Assembly: GCA_035360455.1 (NCBI GenBank)
Contig: DAOSAR010000002.1
Coordinates: 1-39,297 of the forward strand
Length of the DNA stretch: 39,297 nt
Direction of reading: 5' to 3'
Source: Candidatus Pacearchaeota archaeon
Lineage (GTDB): Bacteria > Patescibacteriota > Minisyncoccia > Minisyncoccales > GCA-002788555
A program made the translations under genes and the position numbers. Below the pieces are notes generated by a model. It saw only the letters and a program-made list of their open reading frames with translations, was not told the origin of the DNA and did no database searches. Positions 1-7,937 of this stretch are shown piece after piece. Positions within the stretch are counted from its first letter, which is position 1, and the number at the start of each line of letters is the position of its first letter.

Positions 1-2
1 TT

Positions 3-221
3 ATTCAAAAAAGCAACGTCGGCATCGGGACAACAAGCCCAGGGCAAAAATTAGAGGTGAATGGCGGAATTCGGTTAAATACTACAACTGCCAAGCCTAC
101 TTGCGATAGTACAAGGCGAGGCACTCTTTGGTTTACTCAAGGAGCATCAGGCGCAAAAGATGCTTTGGAAGTTTGCGCCACAGCCGCAGATGATAGTTAT
201 GCTTGGCGAACAATCTATTAA
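3..221 (+). CDS. 3' end of a CDS that starts upstream of the window; C-terminal domain of a probable large surface or fibre-like protein
   Basis: Frame 3 is open from the window edge to TAA at 219-221. It translates to ...NVGIGTTSPGQKLEVNGGIRLNTTTAKPTCDSTRRGTLWFTQGASGAKDALEVCATAADDSYAWRTIY. The ORF track omits it because it has no start codon in the window. Confidence 0.55.
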   Translation: MQKSNVGIGTTSPGQKLEVNGGIRLNTTTAKPTCDSTRRGTLWFTQGASGAKDALEVCATAADDSYAWRTIY

Positions 222-340
222 ATAAATCAACAAATCTTAATCTTGCGAGGTTCAACTTCGTAAACATACTTCGTAAACTCCAACGCCCAATGCATTAAAA
301 TAAAACATATCTTTTCGACTCCAGCTCGGAACTGAAATAG

Positions 341-368
341 AACGAGATTATTTCTCGTTTTATTTTTT
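341..368 (+). terminator. Rho-independent terminator candidate
   Basis: Hairpin AACGAGA-ttatt-TCTCGTT followed by TTATTTTTT, downstream of the partial CDS. Confidence 0.6.
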
Positions 369-486
369 AAAGTTAATTCCATAAGACTGCCACATTTGCA
401 AAGACAAAAATATCAAGCATCGAAATTATTGTATTGATAGTTTTTAATTGCTAAAAATTTTTTCTTTTGGTAAAATTAAAGAAATT

Positions 487-2865
487 ATGCCTGAAGTTTC
501 TTTGGAAAATAATAAAAAATTTTTAAAGATTTTAATCCCTGTTCTTTTAATTGTCGTTGTGGCAGTTGCTGTTTTTTTTGTTACTGGCGGAAATAGAGTA
601 AAGGCAAGAGATACTCGCCGGGCTCAAGATCTTGAAAACTTAAAGCAAGCTTTAGAAGAATATTATAAAAAAAATTCAAAGTATCCTTATACAAAAGCTG
701 GTTTTCCTTCTGATAGTGGTTTTTGCATTGAATATCTCATTGATCACCCATCAGACATTAACTTTAAAGATCTTTTAACAAATGATCAGTTTAAAGAATT
801 GCCTCGAGATCCGATGTACAGCGAGGAAAAATGCGGCGGTAGCGGATATGCTCTTCCTGACTGCTATTGCTATATCTATCAAACAGGAGGAGATGATCAA
901 TATTTTAAAATATGGGCAAAAGCAGAAGAAGGAGAAAGATTTATTTCTGCTAAAAATGATGGAGGAAGAGAGCCAGCAATAATTGAAGTTTACAGCATTA
1001 CCCAAGGATCTGCAGGAATTGAGTATCTGGGAAAATGGCTGGAAACTCTTTCTCCTGCTTTATGGGTGAGAGCTCAACTGCCAATTAAAAACGCAAGCGA
1101 TAAAGAAATTTCTCAATATCAGATAATGGTAAAAGAAGCAGATCTTTTGCCTCTTATTTCTCGCGGTTTTGCTGAGTCTAACCCTATCAGATTTGCTGAT
1201 AAAAAAGGCAATGAACTTTTTGCCTGGAAAGATTCTAATAATAACTGGTGGATTAAAATTGGTAAAGAACCAATAGCTAAAGACAATGATTGGATTCTTC
1301 TTTACTGGAAACTTGGTAGTTCTTTGCCAACTTCGCTTACGTGCGATCCCCAAGGAAAATGCAATAGCTATGATGAAGTTTTTGAAACGTCATTTCTTGA
1401 TTCCTATCCAAGAAATTTAGTAGCTGAATGGTTAATGGATGAAGGTTCTGGCAATTATCTTTTAAATACTTTTAATCCAAAAACTCCTGCAGTTTACAGA
1501 GCTTCTGCTTTGCAGTTTGATGGAGTTGATGATTATATAGAAATTGGAAGTAACGAGAAAAAAAGCTCTCTTGCTCTTCAGGAAAAAGCAACCTATGAAC
1601 TATGGTTTTATTCAAGAGAAAATAAAGAAGCAAGCATTATTACTCAGCGATACGATGGAGGAAATTTTTTGGGAAGAGGGATATCTGTTGGAAACGGAGA
1701 AATCAGCTTTTGGTCAAGGGACAGTGATTTAAATCAACATAAAATAAGCACTCCTTATAAATTAAATACTTGGTATCATATCGTTGCAGTTCAAGATGGC
1801 AATCTTCTTTATCTTTATTTAAATGGCCGTTTAATGAATACTTTTGATATGAAAACTAATATTGGCGTTGGATACTTGGGAAAAGGCGAAGGGAATAGAT
1901 ATTACAGCTATCACACGATTGGAAAATATACAGACGGCGGTTATTTCTTCAACGGAATAATCGATGAGGTGCGAATTTATAATCAACCATTAAACGCTGA
2001 AATTATTCAAAAACACTATCAGGGAGATTATTCTTCTGATGCTGAAGGATCTTTGGTGATGTATCAATCGTTTGAAGAAGGACCAAGTTGCGGGAATGAT
2101 ATTAAAGGGTGCCTTGGAGATGACTCTTCCAAAAAAGAGAATAATGGAACAATGAAGAATTTTAACGATACTACTCAATATGATAGCAAATCTTCTCCTT
2201 TGTCTGGCTGGACAACTATTGCTCCTCCTATCTGGCAAGATTCTTCAAACAGTGTTCAGTGGGATAACCAATCCGGCACTTATTTCAAAAAAGGATCAGC
2301 TTTAAAATTTAATGGCGATAGTATAATAACTACTTCTTTAAGTTATAATGGCTTTACTAAGCTAACTCTTGCAGCCTGGGTGAAACCATTATTGAAAGCA
2401 GATTTCATTCCTATTCTTGGCACTGCTATGGAAAATACTCTTGATTGCGGGATGACAATAGAAAATTCTAAAGTTTGTTTTCATGATTATTCTACTGCCA
2501 AAACTGACAAAAGTTATTGTTCAAGTAATGATCTTATTAATCTTGATCAATGGCAGTTTATTGTTCTTACCTACGATAGCTCTAATATAAAATTATATTA
2601 TAATGGCCTTAATGTTGGCGGAGCAAAGTTTCTTAAAAACGGCACTTTTCAACCAGCAGTCATTGGGAGAACTAATAACCAAAATAATAAAGGTTTTGTT
2701 GGCTTCATTGATCAGGTCCGAATATATAATACTGCTTTAACTTTAAACGAAATCGGCGCTCAATATTATCATTCAAAATGCGCTGTTTCTGGCGATAATT
2801 GCGATCTTGCAAATGATCCTGGCTGTCGCCAAGCTTGCGGCGTTATAGTTGAACTTAAAAAATAA
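487..2865 (+). CDS. Membrane-anchored pilin-like (GspG-fold-like) protein with two LamG/concanavalin-A-like lectin domains
   Basis: The track ORF starts at a TTG at 448, but ATG at 487 (MPEVSLENNKKF...) is more plausible. There is an N-terminal TM helix followed by RDTRRAQDLENLKQALEEYYKKNSKYP, typical of pseudopilin globular domains. Two Laminin_G_3-like units are present: FDGVDDYIEIG...WYHIVAVQDGNLLYLYLNG...FNGIIDEVRIYNQPL and LKFNGDS...WQFIVLTYDSSNIKLYYNG...FVGFIDQVRIYNTAL. Confidence 0.8.
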   Translation: MPEVSLENNKKFLKILIPVLLIVVVAVAVFFVTGGNRVKARDTRRAQDLENLKQALEEYYKKNSKYPYTKAGFPSDSGFCIEYLIDHPSDINFKDLLTNDQFKELPRDPMYSEEKCGGSGYALPDCYCYIYQTGGDDQYFKIWAKAEEGERFISAKNDGGREPAIIEVYSITQGSAGIEYLGKWLETLSPALWVRAQLPIKNASDKEISQYQIMVKEADLLPLISRGFAESNPIRFADKKGNELFAWKDSNNNWWIKIGKEPIAKDNDWILLYWKLGSSLPTSLTCDPQGKCNSYDEVFETSFLDSYPRNLVAEWLMDEGSGNYLLNTFNPKTPAVYRASALQFDGVDDYIEIGSNEKKSSLALQEKATYELWFYSRENKEASIITQRYDGGNFLGRGISVGNGEISFWSRDSDLNQHKISTPYKLNTWYHIVAVQDGNLLYLYLNGRLMNTFDMKTNIGVGYLGKGEGNRYYSYHTIGKYTDGGYFFNGIIDEVRIYNQPLNAEIIQKHYQGDYSSDAEGSLVMYQSFEEGPSCGNDIKGCLGDDSSKKENNGTMKNFNDTTQYDSKSSPLSGWTTIAPPIWQDSSNSVQWDNQSGTYFKKGSALKFNGDSIITTSLSYNGFTKLTLAAWVKPLLKADFIPILGTAMENTLDCGMTIENSKVCFHDYSTAKTDKSYCSSNDLINLDQWQFIVLTYDSSNIKLYYNGLNVGGAKFLKNGTFQPAVIGRTNNQNNKGFVGFIDQVRIYNTALTLNEIGAQYYHSKCAVSGDNCDLANDPGCRQACGVIVELKK

Positions 2866-2894
2866 GAATATTTGTAAAAACCATCCCTCTACTC

Positions 2895-2923
2895 TTGACA
2901 AAATTTATATTTATTGATATAAT
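2895..2923 (+). promoter_or_regulatory. Consensus sigma70-type promoter (TTGACA-17 nt-TATAAT)
   Basis: TTGACA at 2895-2900, a 17-nt spacer, and TATAAT at 2918-2923. AGGAGG at 2943-2948 sits just ahead of the ATG at 2952. Confidence 0.65.
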
Positions 2924-2951
2924 ATAGATGGTTCTTTAAAAAGGAGGTGCA

Positions 2952-3725
2952 ATGATGATGATGAAAAAACATCTAAAATATTTCATCATTGTGGCAGTGG
3001 TAATATTGGTACTCTTTGGGATATGTGAAGGTTCCTTCGCTCAGACTAATCAGGCTGGAAACAATAATAAGGCAATAGAAACACAAATAAAAGCTCTTGA
3101 AAATCAAATTGAAACTCTCAAAAAGCAGCTTAATGATCAACAAACTCAACAAACCTCAACTTATAATATTGCAGTAATGCCGATTCGAAACGCAGGTCGT
3201 ATTCCCGAAGTTCGTAATGGATTAAGAGTAATGATTGTCAGCGCTTTACAGGAAAGAGGAATTTCGACAGTTGAATCTCTTGATCGTGAAACTCAACAGA
3301 TGGTTGAAGCTCAACGTCGAGCAATGAAACGTGGTTATGTTGATCCCAAACAAACTCCTCAACAAGGTAAAATGGTTGGCGCGAAGTATTTCTTAGCAGG
3401 CGAAGTTGTAAAGTATCAAGAAGATGATCAGAGACAAAACCTTGGCGGTTTATTTTCTGACCACAAGATTAATGTTTGGCTTCGAAGATCAGTTGGTTCT
3501 TTGGTAGTCGACTTTAGACTTATTGACGCTCTAACTGGCGTTGCTGTTGATTCTTTCAGAACCGAAGCTTTGGTAGAAGAAAGAAACATTGATGGAGCTT
3601 ATGTTAAAAACGTTAAAGTAAATGCTAGAAGCTATGAACAGACGCTTCCAGAGAAAGCTGCTCGAGAATGTGTTCGTCAATGCGCTGAGCATATTCAACA
3701 ATTTATTAATCCCAACGGAGTGTAA
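2952..3725 (+). CDS. Secreted CsgG/LpoB-like family protein with an N-terminal coiled coil
   Basis: It has a signal peptide (MMMMKKHLKYFIIVAVVILVLFGICEGSFA) and a Q-rich coiled coil. These are followed by YNIAVMPIRNAG...GAKYFLAGEVVKYQ...VVDFRLIDALTGVAVDSF, which matches the CsgG-family pattern as I remember it. Confidence 0.55.
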   Translation: MMMMKKHLKYFIIVAVVILVLFGICEGSFAQTNQAGNNNKAIETQIKALENQIETLKKQLNDQQTQQTSTYNIAVMPIRNAGRIPEVRNGLRVMIVSALQERGISTVESLDRETQQMVEAQRRAMKRGYVDPKQTPQQGKMVGAKYFLAGEVVKYQEDDQRQNLGGLFSDHKINVWLRRSVGSLVVDFRLIDALTGVAVDSFRTEALVEERNIDGAYVKNVKVNARSYEQTLPEKAARECVRQCAEHIQQFINPNGV

Positions 3726-3795
3726 TAAAAATGCTTTTCAAAACCTTAAAACATATCTCTTATAATTCCCAAAGAAGTATCAAAATTACCTAACA

Positions 3796-3832
3796 AGCTC
3801 TCGCTTTTTTAAGCGAGAGCTCTTTTATTTTT
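3796..3832 (+). terminator. Rho-independent terminator
   Basis: An 11-bp stem AGCTCTCGCTT-tttt-AAGCGAGAGCT followed by CTTTTATTTTT. Confidence 0.8.
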
Positions 3833-3871
3833 ATTTGACTTTTAAAAATATTTTTGATAATTTATACTAAT

Positions 3872-4156
3872 ATGGTAGAAGAAACAATTTTTTATATTTT
3901 AGCTTCTATTTTCCTTGGGCTTGCAATAATCTTTCTTTGCGTTTTGCTTTATTCATGGATAAAGATTTTAAGGGATTTCCGGAAGACAAGCTCTAATATT
4001 AAAGAAATGAGCGAGGATTTGAAAGAAAAATTGAAAAATTTTTCAGGAATAGCGGCAGGGCTGGCGGTTTTGAGTGAAAAAATTATAAAAATGTATTCAA
4101 AAAAGAAAAAAAAGGACAAAGGTCAAAAAAAAGAAGAAGATAGCTCATCTAAATAA
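3872..4156 (+). CDS. Small single-TM protein with a coiled-coil and a Lys-rich tail (DUF948-like?)
   Basis: The track ORF starts at a TTG at 3854. ATG at 3872 (MVEETIFYILASIFLGLAIIFL...) is preferred. TTGACT at 3835-3840 plus 17 nt plus TAATTT, with a TGn extension, would place the transcription start only a few nt from this ATG. Confidence 0.6.
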   Translation: MVEETIFYILASIFLGLAIIFLCVLLYSWIKILRDFRKTSSNIKEMSEDLKEKLKNFSGIAAGLAVLSEKIIKMYSKKKKKDKGQKKEEDSSSK

Positions 4157-4162
4157 AAAAAT

Positions 4163-4534
4163 ATGGCAGAAAAACCTCAAAAAAAAGATTCTGGTAAAAA
4201 AATAACAGCAGGTCTTTTTGCTGGAGCAATTGCTGGCTTATTAGCTGGGATTTTGCTTGCACCAAAAGAAGGAAAAGAGACAAGAGAGGAAATAAAGAAA
4301 AGAATCGAAAAAAATAAATTTGCAAAAGAAGTAATGAAAAGATTAGGAAAAGTTGGTGAAGTTACTAAAGAAAAATATAATCAGGTAGTAGACGAAGTGA
4401 CGGATGTTTATAAAAGAGCAAAAAAAGTAAAAGACGAAGATTTGAAAGAAATTGTTGATGATATAAAAAGTCATTGGCCAGAAATTGCTAAAAAGCTTAA
4501 AACACCAACTAAGCAAGCAAAAAAGGGGAAATAA
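4163..4534 (+). CDS. YtxH-domain membrane-associated protein
   Basis: AGLFAGAIAGLLAGILLAPKEGKETREEIKKRIE is the characteristic YtxH motif. The rest is charged helical sequence. Confidence 0.7.
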   Translation: MAEKPQKKDSGKKITAGLFAGAIAGLLAGILLAPKEGKETREEIKKRIEKNKFAKEVMKRLGKVGEVTKEKYNQVVDEVTDVYKRAKKVKDEDLKEIVDDIKSHWPEIAKKLKTPTKQAKKGK

Positions 4535-4691
4535 GTCGGGATAAGTCAGTAAATAAGAATTTATTACGAATACGGATTTAAGGGTGATTAAGAGTGATTT
4601 TAAGGGTTGTTAATAAGATCTGCGATTCGTACGGCATAAAATCCGTATATTTGCATTATTATTTAAAAATTTAAAATTTAATAGAAATTAT
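4535..4691. repeat. Intergenic spacer built of inverted short words (TACGAAT/ATTCGTA, ATACGGATTT/AAATCCGTAT, TTAAGGG-type tandem words)
   Basis: ATACGGATTT at 4570-4579 is the exact reverse complement of AAATCCGTAT at 4639-4648. TACGAAT and ATTCGTA are also present. Between them lie tandem TTAAGGGTGA / TTAAGAGTGA / TTTTAAGGGTTG words. Confidence 0.6.
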
Positions 4692-5696
4692 ATGGAGCAA
4701 CAAAATACAGAAGAAAAAAACATAAAAACTAAAAAAAATATTAATTTCTGGATACCTGTAAGTATTGTCTTATTTTTGCTTTTACTTACTTCTATTTGGT
4801 TTAATGGTTTTGGTTTAAAAAACCTTGTTTTTAAAAACTCTGATAAAGTAGCAGAAAAAGCATTGGATTTTATTAATAAAAATATGCTTGCTGAAGGGTA
4901 TACCGCTTCTTTAATTGAAAGTAAGCAGTTAGAAAACGGCCTTTATGAAATAAGATTTAAAATTGAAGATCAGAATTTTACATCTTACGTTTCAAGCGAT
5001 GGCAATATGCTTTTTCTTGAAGGAATAGAAATGACTTCAGCAAATTCCTCATCAACTGAAGAAGAAACTCAAGATATTCCAAAAAGCGACAAGCCAAGTG
5101 TTCAGTTATTCGTGATGTCTTACTGCCCTTATGGTTTGCAAGCTGAAAAAATGTATTTGCCAGTGCTAAACTTACTTAAAAATAAGGTAGAAATGAGCAT
5201 TCATTTTGTAAATTATGCGATGCATGAAAAGAAAGAAATAGATGAAAACCTAAGACAATATTGTATTCAAAAAGAAGAGCCCGATAAATATTCCAATTAC
5301 TTGAATTGTTTTGTAAAAGCTGGAGATTACGAAAATTGTCTTAAAGAAGCGCAAATAGATGAAACAAAACTAGATTCCTGCATTACCCAAACTGATCAAG
5401 AATATAATATTACCTCTCAATACAATGATAAAAACACATGGCTTGGTGGCCAATATCCAAAATTCGATGTTGAAACTGAGCTAAATGAAGAATACAATGT
5501 TCAGGGTTCTCCTACAATTGTAATCAATGGCAAGGTTGTGAATATAAATCCAAGATCCCCAGAAAAATTTAAAGAAGTAATTTGCCAAGCGTTTAACAAT
5601 CCTCCAGAAGAATGCTCTCAAAAGCTTTCTGAAGAAGCTGCTTCAACAGGATTTGAAGAAGAAAGCGGATCAACGAGTGGAGGTAGCTGTGAATAA
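4692..5696 (+). CDS. Membrane-anchored thioredoxin-fold (DsbA-like) protein with a C-P-Y-G motif in place of CxxC
   Basis: There is an N-terminal TM helix. FVMSYCPYGLQAEK and GSPTIVINGKVV are typical thioredoxin/DsbA-fold landmarks, and a Cys-rich helical insert is present. Confidence 0.65.
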   Translation: MEQQNTEEKNIKTKKNINFWIPVSIVLFLLLLTSIWFNGFGLKNLVFKNSDKVAEKALDFINKNMLAEGYTASLIESKQLENGLYEIRFKIEDQNFTSYVSSDGNMLFLEGIEMTSANSSSTEEETQDIPKSDKPSVQLFVMSYCPYGLQAEKMYLPVLNLLKNKVEMSIHFVNYAMHEKKEIDENLRQYCIQKEEPDKYSNYLNCFVKAGDYENCLKEAQIDETKLDSCITQTDQEYNITSQYNDKNTWLGGQYPKFDVETELNEEYNVQGSPTIVINGKVVNINPRSPEKFKEVICQAFNNPPEECSQKLSEEAASTGFEEESGSTSGGSCE

Positions 5697-5715
5697 AATT
5701 TATTATTATAAAATT

Positions 5716-5829
5716 ATGGATCCAATAAATTTAGTTTGGATAGTTCTTATTATAGCAATAATAAGTTTTATCATTTATTATCTCTTACAGCCAGAAAAAA
5801 AGCAGGAAACAGAATCAAAGAAAAAATAA
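5716..5829 (+). CDS. Possible 37-aa single-TM micropeptide
   Basis: ATG...TAA encodes MDPINLVWIVLIIAIISFIIYYLLQPEKKQETESKKK. It is below the ORF-track size cutoff, and I have no homology evidence. Confidence 0.3.
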   Translation: MDPINLVWIVLIIAIISFIIYYLLQPEKKQETESKKK

Positions 5830-5861
5830 ATTTTTAATACTGCTAAAATTTTTTCATTTTT

Positions 5862-7175
5862 ATGAAAAGAGTTCTTTCGAAAAACGCTCCTAAGTTTTTG
5901 GGCAAAAAAATTAAAGTTTGTGGCTGGGTTAACTCTCGAAGAGATCATGGGAAAATAGTTTTTTTAGATCTAAGAGATAAAACAGGAATTTTGCAAGTGG
6001 TTTCTGAAGCAAACTTAGTTGAAGGACTTCGAGATGAATATGTTTTAGAGGTTGAGGGAGAGATTAAAAAAAGACCAGAAAAAATGATAAATCCAGAATT
6101 AGAAACTGGCAAAGTTGAGCTTGAGGCGGAAAAAATAAAAGTTTTAAGCAAAGCTGCAAAATTGCCCTTTGACCTTCAAAAACTAAACTGTGCATTGCCA
6201 AAAGTTTTAGATTATCGGCCAATTACCTTAAGGAATAGAAAAATTCAAGCTATTTTTAAGGTCCAAGAAGAAATAATTTCAAGCTTTCGGGAAGCTCTTA
6301 AAAATTTAGATTTTACTGAATTTCAGGCACCAGCTATTGTGCCGTCAGCTACTGAGGGAGGAGCAGAAGTTTTTCAGATTGATTATTTTCAAAATAAAGC
6401 TTATTTAGCTCAAAGTCCTCAACTTTATAAACAAATTTTAGTGGCAGTTTTTGAAAAAGTTTTTACCGTAACTAAAGCTTATCGGGCAGAGCCAAGCATT
6501 ACTACTCGTCATTTAACAGAGTACATCAGCTTAGATGCTGAAATGGGATTTATTGAGTCCTGGGAGGACTTAATGGATGTTTGCGAATTAACTATTAAAA
6601 GAATATTTTCAAACGTGGAAAAAAATTGTCAGAAAGAATTAAAAATACATAATGCTTCAGTGCCAAAAATAGAAAAGAAAATTCCAAGATTAAAAATGCG
6701 CGAAGCTCAGGAAATTATTTTTCAAAGAACTCAAAGAGATCACCGAGAAGAAATGGATTTAGACCCAGAAGACGAAAAAGAAATTTGTCAATTTGCAAAA
6801 GAAAAATATAATTCAGATTTAATTTTTATTACTCATTATCCTACAAAAAAAAGACCTTTTTACACTCACCCTGATCCTGAAGATCCAAATTATACTTTAA
6901 GCTTTGACTTGCTTTTCCGAGGATTGGAAATTGTAACCGGTGGTCAAAGAATTCACCAATATAAAAAATTAGTAGAGAATATTAAAAAATGGGGCAACAA
7001 ACCTGAAGATTTTGAATTTTATCTACAAGCATTTAAATATGGAATGCCGCCAGAAGGAGGTTTTTGCTTAGGGGCAGAAAGAATAACAAAACAACTTTTA
7101 GGATTAGAAAATATTCGCGAAGCAAGCTTGTTTCCTCGAGATATGTCAAGAATAGATAAAAGGATAACAAAATAA
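5862..7175 (+). CDS. aspS: Aspartyl-tRNA synthetase, short archaeal/eukaryotic type (probably non-discriminating)
   Basis: OB-fold N-terminus (GWVNSRRDHGKIVFLDLRDKTGILQVV). Class II motifs FRAEPSITTRHLTEYISLDAEM and FDLLFRGLEIVTGGQRIH...GMPPEGGFCLGAERI. At 437 aa it has the length of the archaeal-type enzyme. Confidence 0.9.
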   Translation: MKRVLSKNAPKFLGKKIKVCGWVNSRRDHGKIVFLDLRDKTGILQVVSEANLVEGLRDEYVLEVEGEIKKRPEKMINPELETGKVELEAEKIKVLSKAAKLPFDLQKLNCALPKVLDYRPITLRNRKIQAIFKVQEEIISSFREALKNLDFTEFQAPAIVPSATEGGAEVFQIDYFQNKAYLAQSPQLYKQILVAVFEKVFTVTKAYRAEPSITTRHLTEYISLDAEMGFIESWEDLMDVCELTIKRIFSNVEKNCQKELKIHNASVPKIEKKIPRLKMREAQEIIFQRTQRDHREEMDLDPEDEKEICQFAKEKYNSDLIFITHYPTKKRPFYTHPDPEDPNYTLSFDLLFRGLEIVTGGQRIHQYKKLVENIKKWGNKPEDFEFYLQAFKYGMPPEGGFCLGAERITKQLLGLENIREASLFPRDMSRIDKRITK

Positions 7176-7308
7176 AATTCTAATGACCAAATTCCAATTT
7201 CCAATTAAATACTAAATCCCAATGTTCAAACTAAATTACTGTTTAAAACATTTGGTAATTATAATTTGATTGGTCATTGGTTATTAGAGTTTGGCATTTT
7301 AAATAATT
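7176..7308. repeat. Intergenic imperfect palindrome with CCAAT-type words on the left and ATTGG-type words on the right
   Basis: AATGACCAA (7182-7190) pairs with TTGGTCATT (7270-7278). An inner stem CCAATGTT-c-AAAC / GTTT-a-AACATT-t-GG is present. The left arm is ccaaattccaatttccaatt...cccaat and the right arm is catttgg...gattggtcattgg...tttgg. Confidence 0.6.
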
Positions 7309-7749
7309 ATGAAATTCATCGTTCATACTGATGGAGGAGCAAGAGGAAACCCTGGACCAGCAGCGATTGGAGTAGTTATTCAACTCCTAACTAACAACCT
7401 ACAGCTAACAACTGAAAAGCAATATTCAGAATATATTGGTAAAGCAACTAATAATGAAGCCGAGTATATGGCTATTATTTTTGCTTTAAAAAAACTTAAA
7501 CAACTTTTTGGAAAAAATAAAATAAAAAATTTAGAAGTAGAAATTTATTTGGATAGTCAACTTATAGCAAGACAACTTCAAGGAAAATACAAAATCTTAG
7601 AAAAAAATCTTCAGCCTTTGTTTTTAAAAGTGTGGAACTTGAAAACAGAATTTAAAAATGTTAATTTTAATTATGTTCCAAGAGAAAAGAATAGGGAAGC
7701 AGATAAATTAGTAAATGAAGCACTAGACAACTTAGAACGTAGAATTTAG
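7309..7749 (+). CDS. rnhA: Ribonuclease HI family protein
   Basis: HTDGGARGNPGPAAIGVVI, TNNEAEYMAIIFALK, DSQLIARQLQGKYK and VPREKNREADKLVNEAL match the RNase H (RVT_3-type) catalytic pattern. Confidence 0.85.
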   Translation: MKFIVHTDGGARGNPGPAAIGVVIQLLTNNLQLTTEKQYSEYIGKATNNEAEYMAIIFALKKLKQLFGKNKIKNLEVEIYLDSQLIARQLQGKYKILEKNLQPLFLKVWNLKTEFKNVNFNYVPREKNREADKLVNEALDNLERRI

Positions 7750-7834
7750 AATGTTAAAGGAAAATAAGGAAATTTTAAGGTTATTAAGGGAACACGATTT
7801 AAAAATTAAAAATTTGAAATTAAAAATTTAACAT

Positions 7835-7905
7835 GGCGCATTCGTCTATCGGCAGGACGCCAGGCTTTCAATCTGGCAAGATGGGTTCGACTCCCGTATG
7901 CGCCA
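7835..7905 (+). tRNA. tRNA-Glu (anticodon UUC)
   Basis: Hand-folded cloverleaf: acceptor GGCGCAT/ATGCGCC, D arm GTCT..GGAC, anticodon stem CCAGG/TCTGG with loop CTTTCAA, and T arm ATGGG-TTCGACT-CCCGT. The discriminator is A and no CCA is encoded. Confidence 0.85.
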
Positions 7906-7912
7906 TATCAAA

Positions 7913-7931
7913 GGCGCCCTAATTGGGCGCC
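7913..7931. terminator. GC-rich hairpin between the convergent tRNA-Glu and recG (bidirectional terminator candidate)
   Basis: GGCGCCC-taatt-GGGCGCC followed by ATTTTCTTATT on the plus strand. Confidence 0.6.
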
Positions 7932-7937
7932 ATTTTC

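Noticed and set aside
448-486. Upstream non-ATG starts proposed by the track (448 TTG, 3854 TTG, 23767 GTG, 33581 TTG, 35285 TTG, 35903)
   Set aside because: In each case a downstream ATG gives a better N-terminus (a signal peptide or TM helix, or the conserved start of S6 or SSB). The extension either adds odd residues or runs into a promoter or hairpin. The start sites remain uncertain by a few codons.
775-2238. ORFs 775..1005(-), 782..982(+), 1060..1353(-), 1544..1732(+) and 1990..2238(-) inside the LamG gene
   Set aside because: They lie fully inside a long ORF with clear domain content. Their products are low-complexity and have no recognisable motifs, as expected for AT-rich shadow ORFs.
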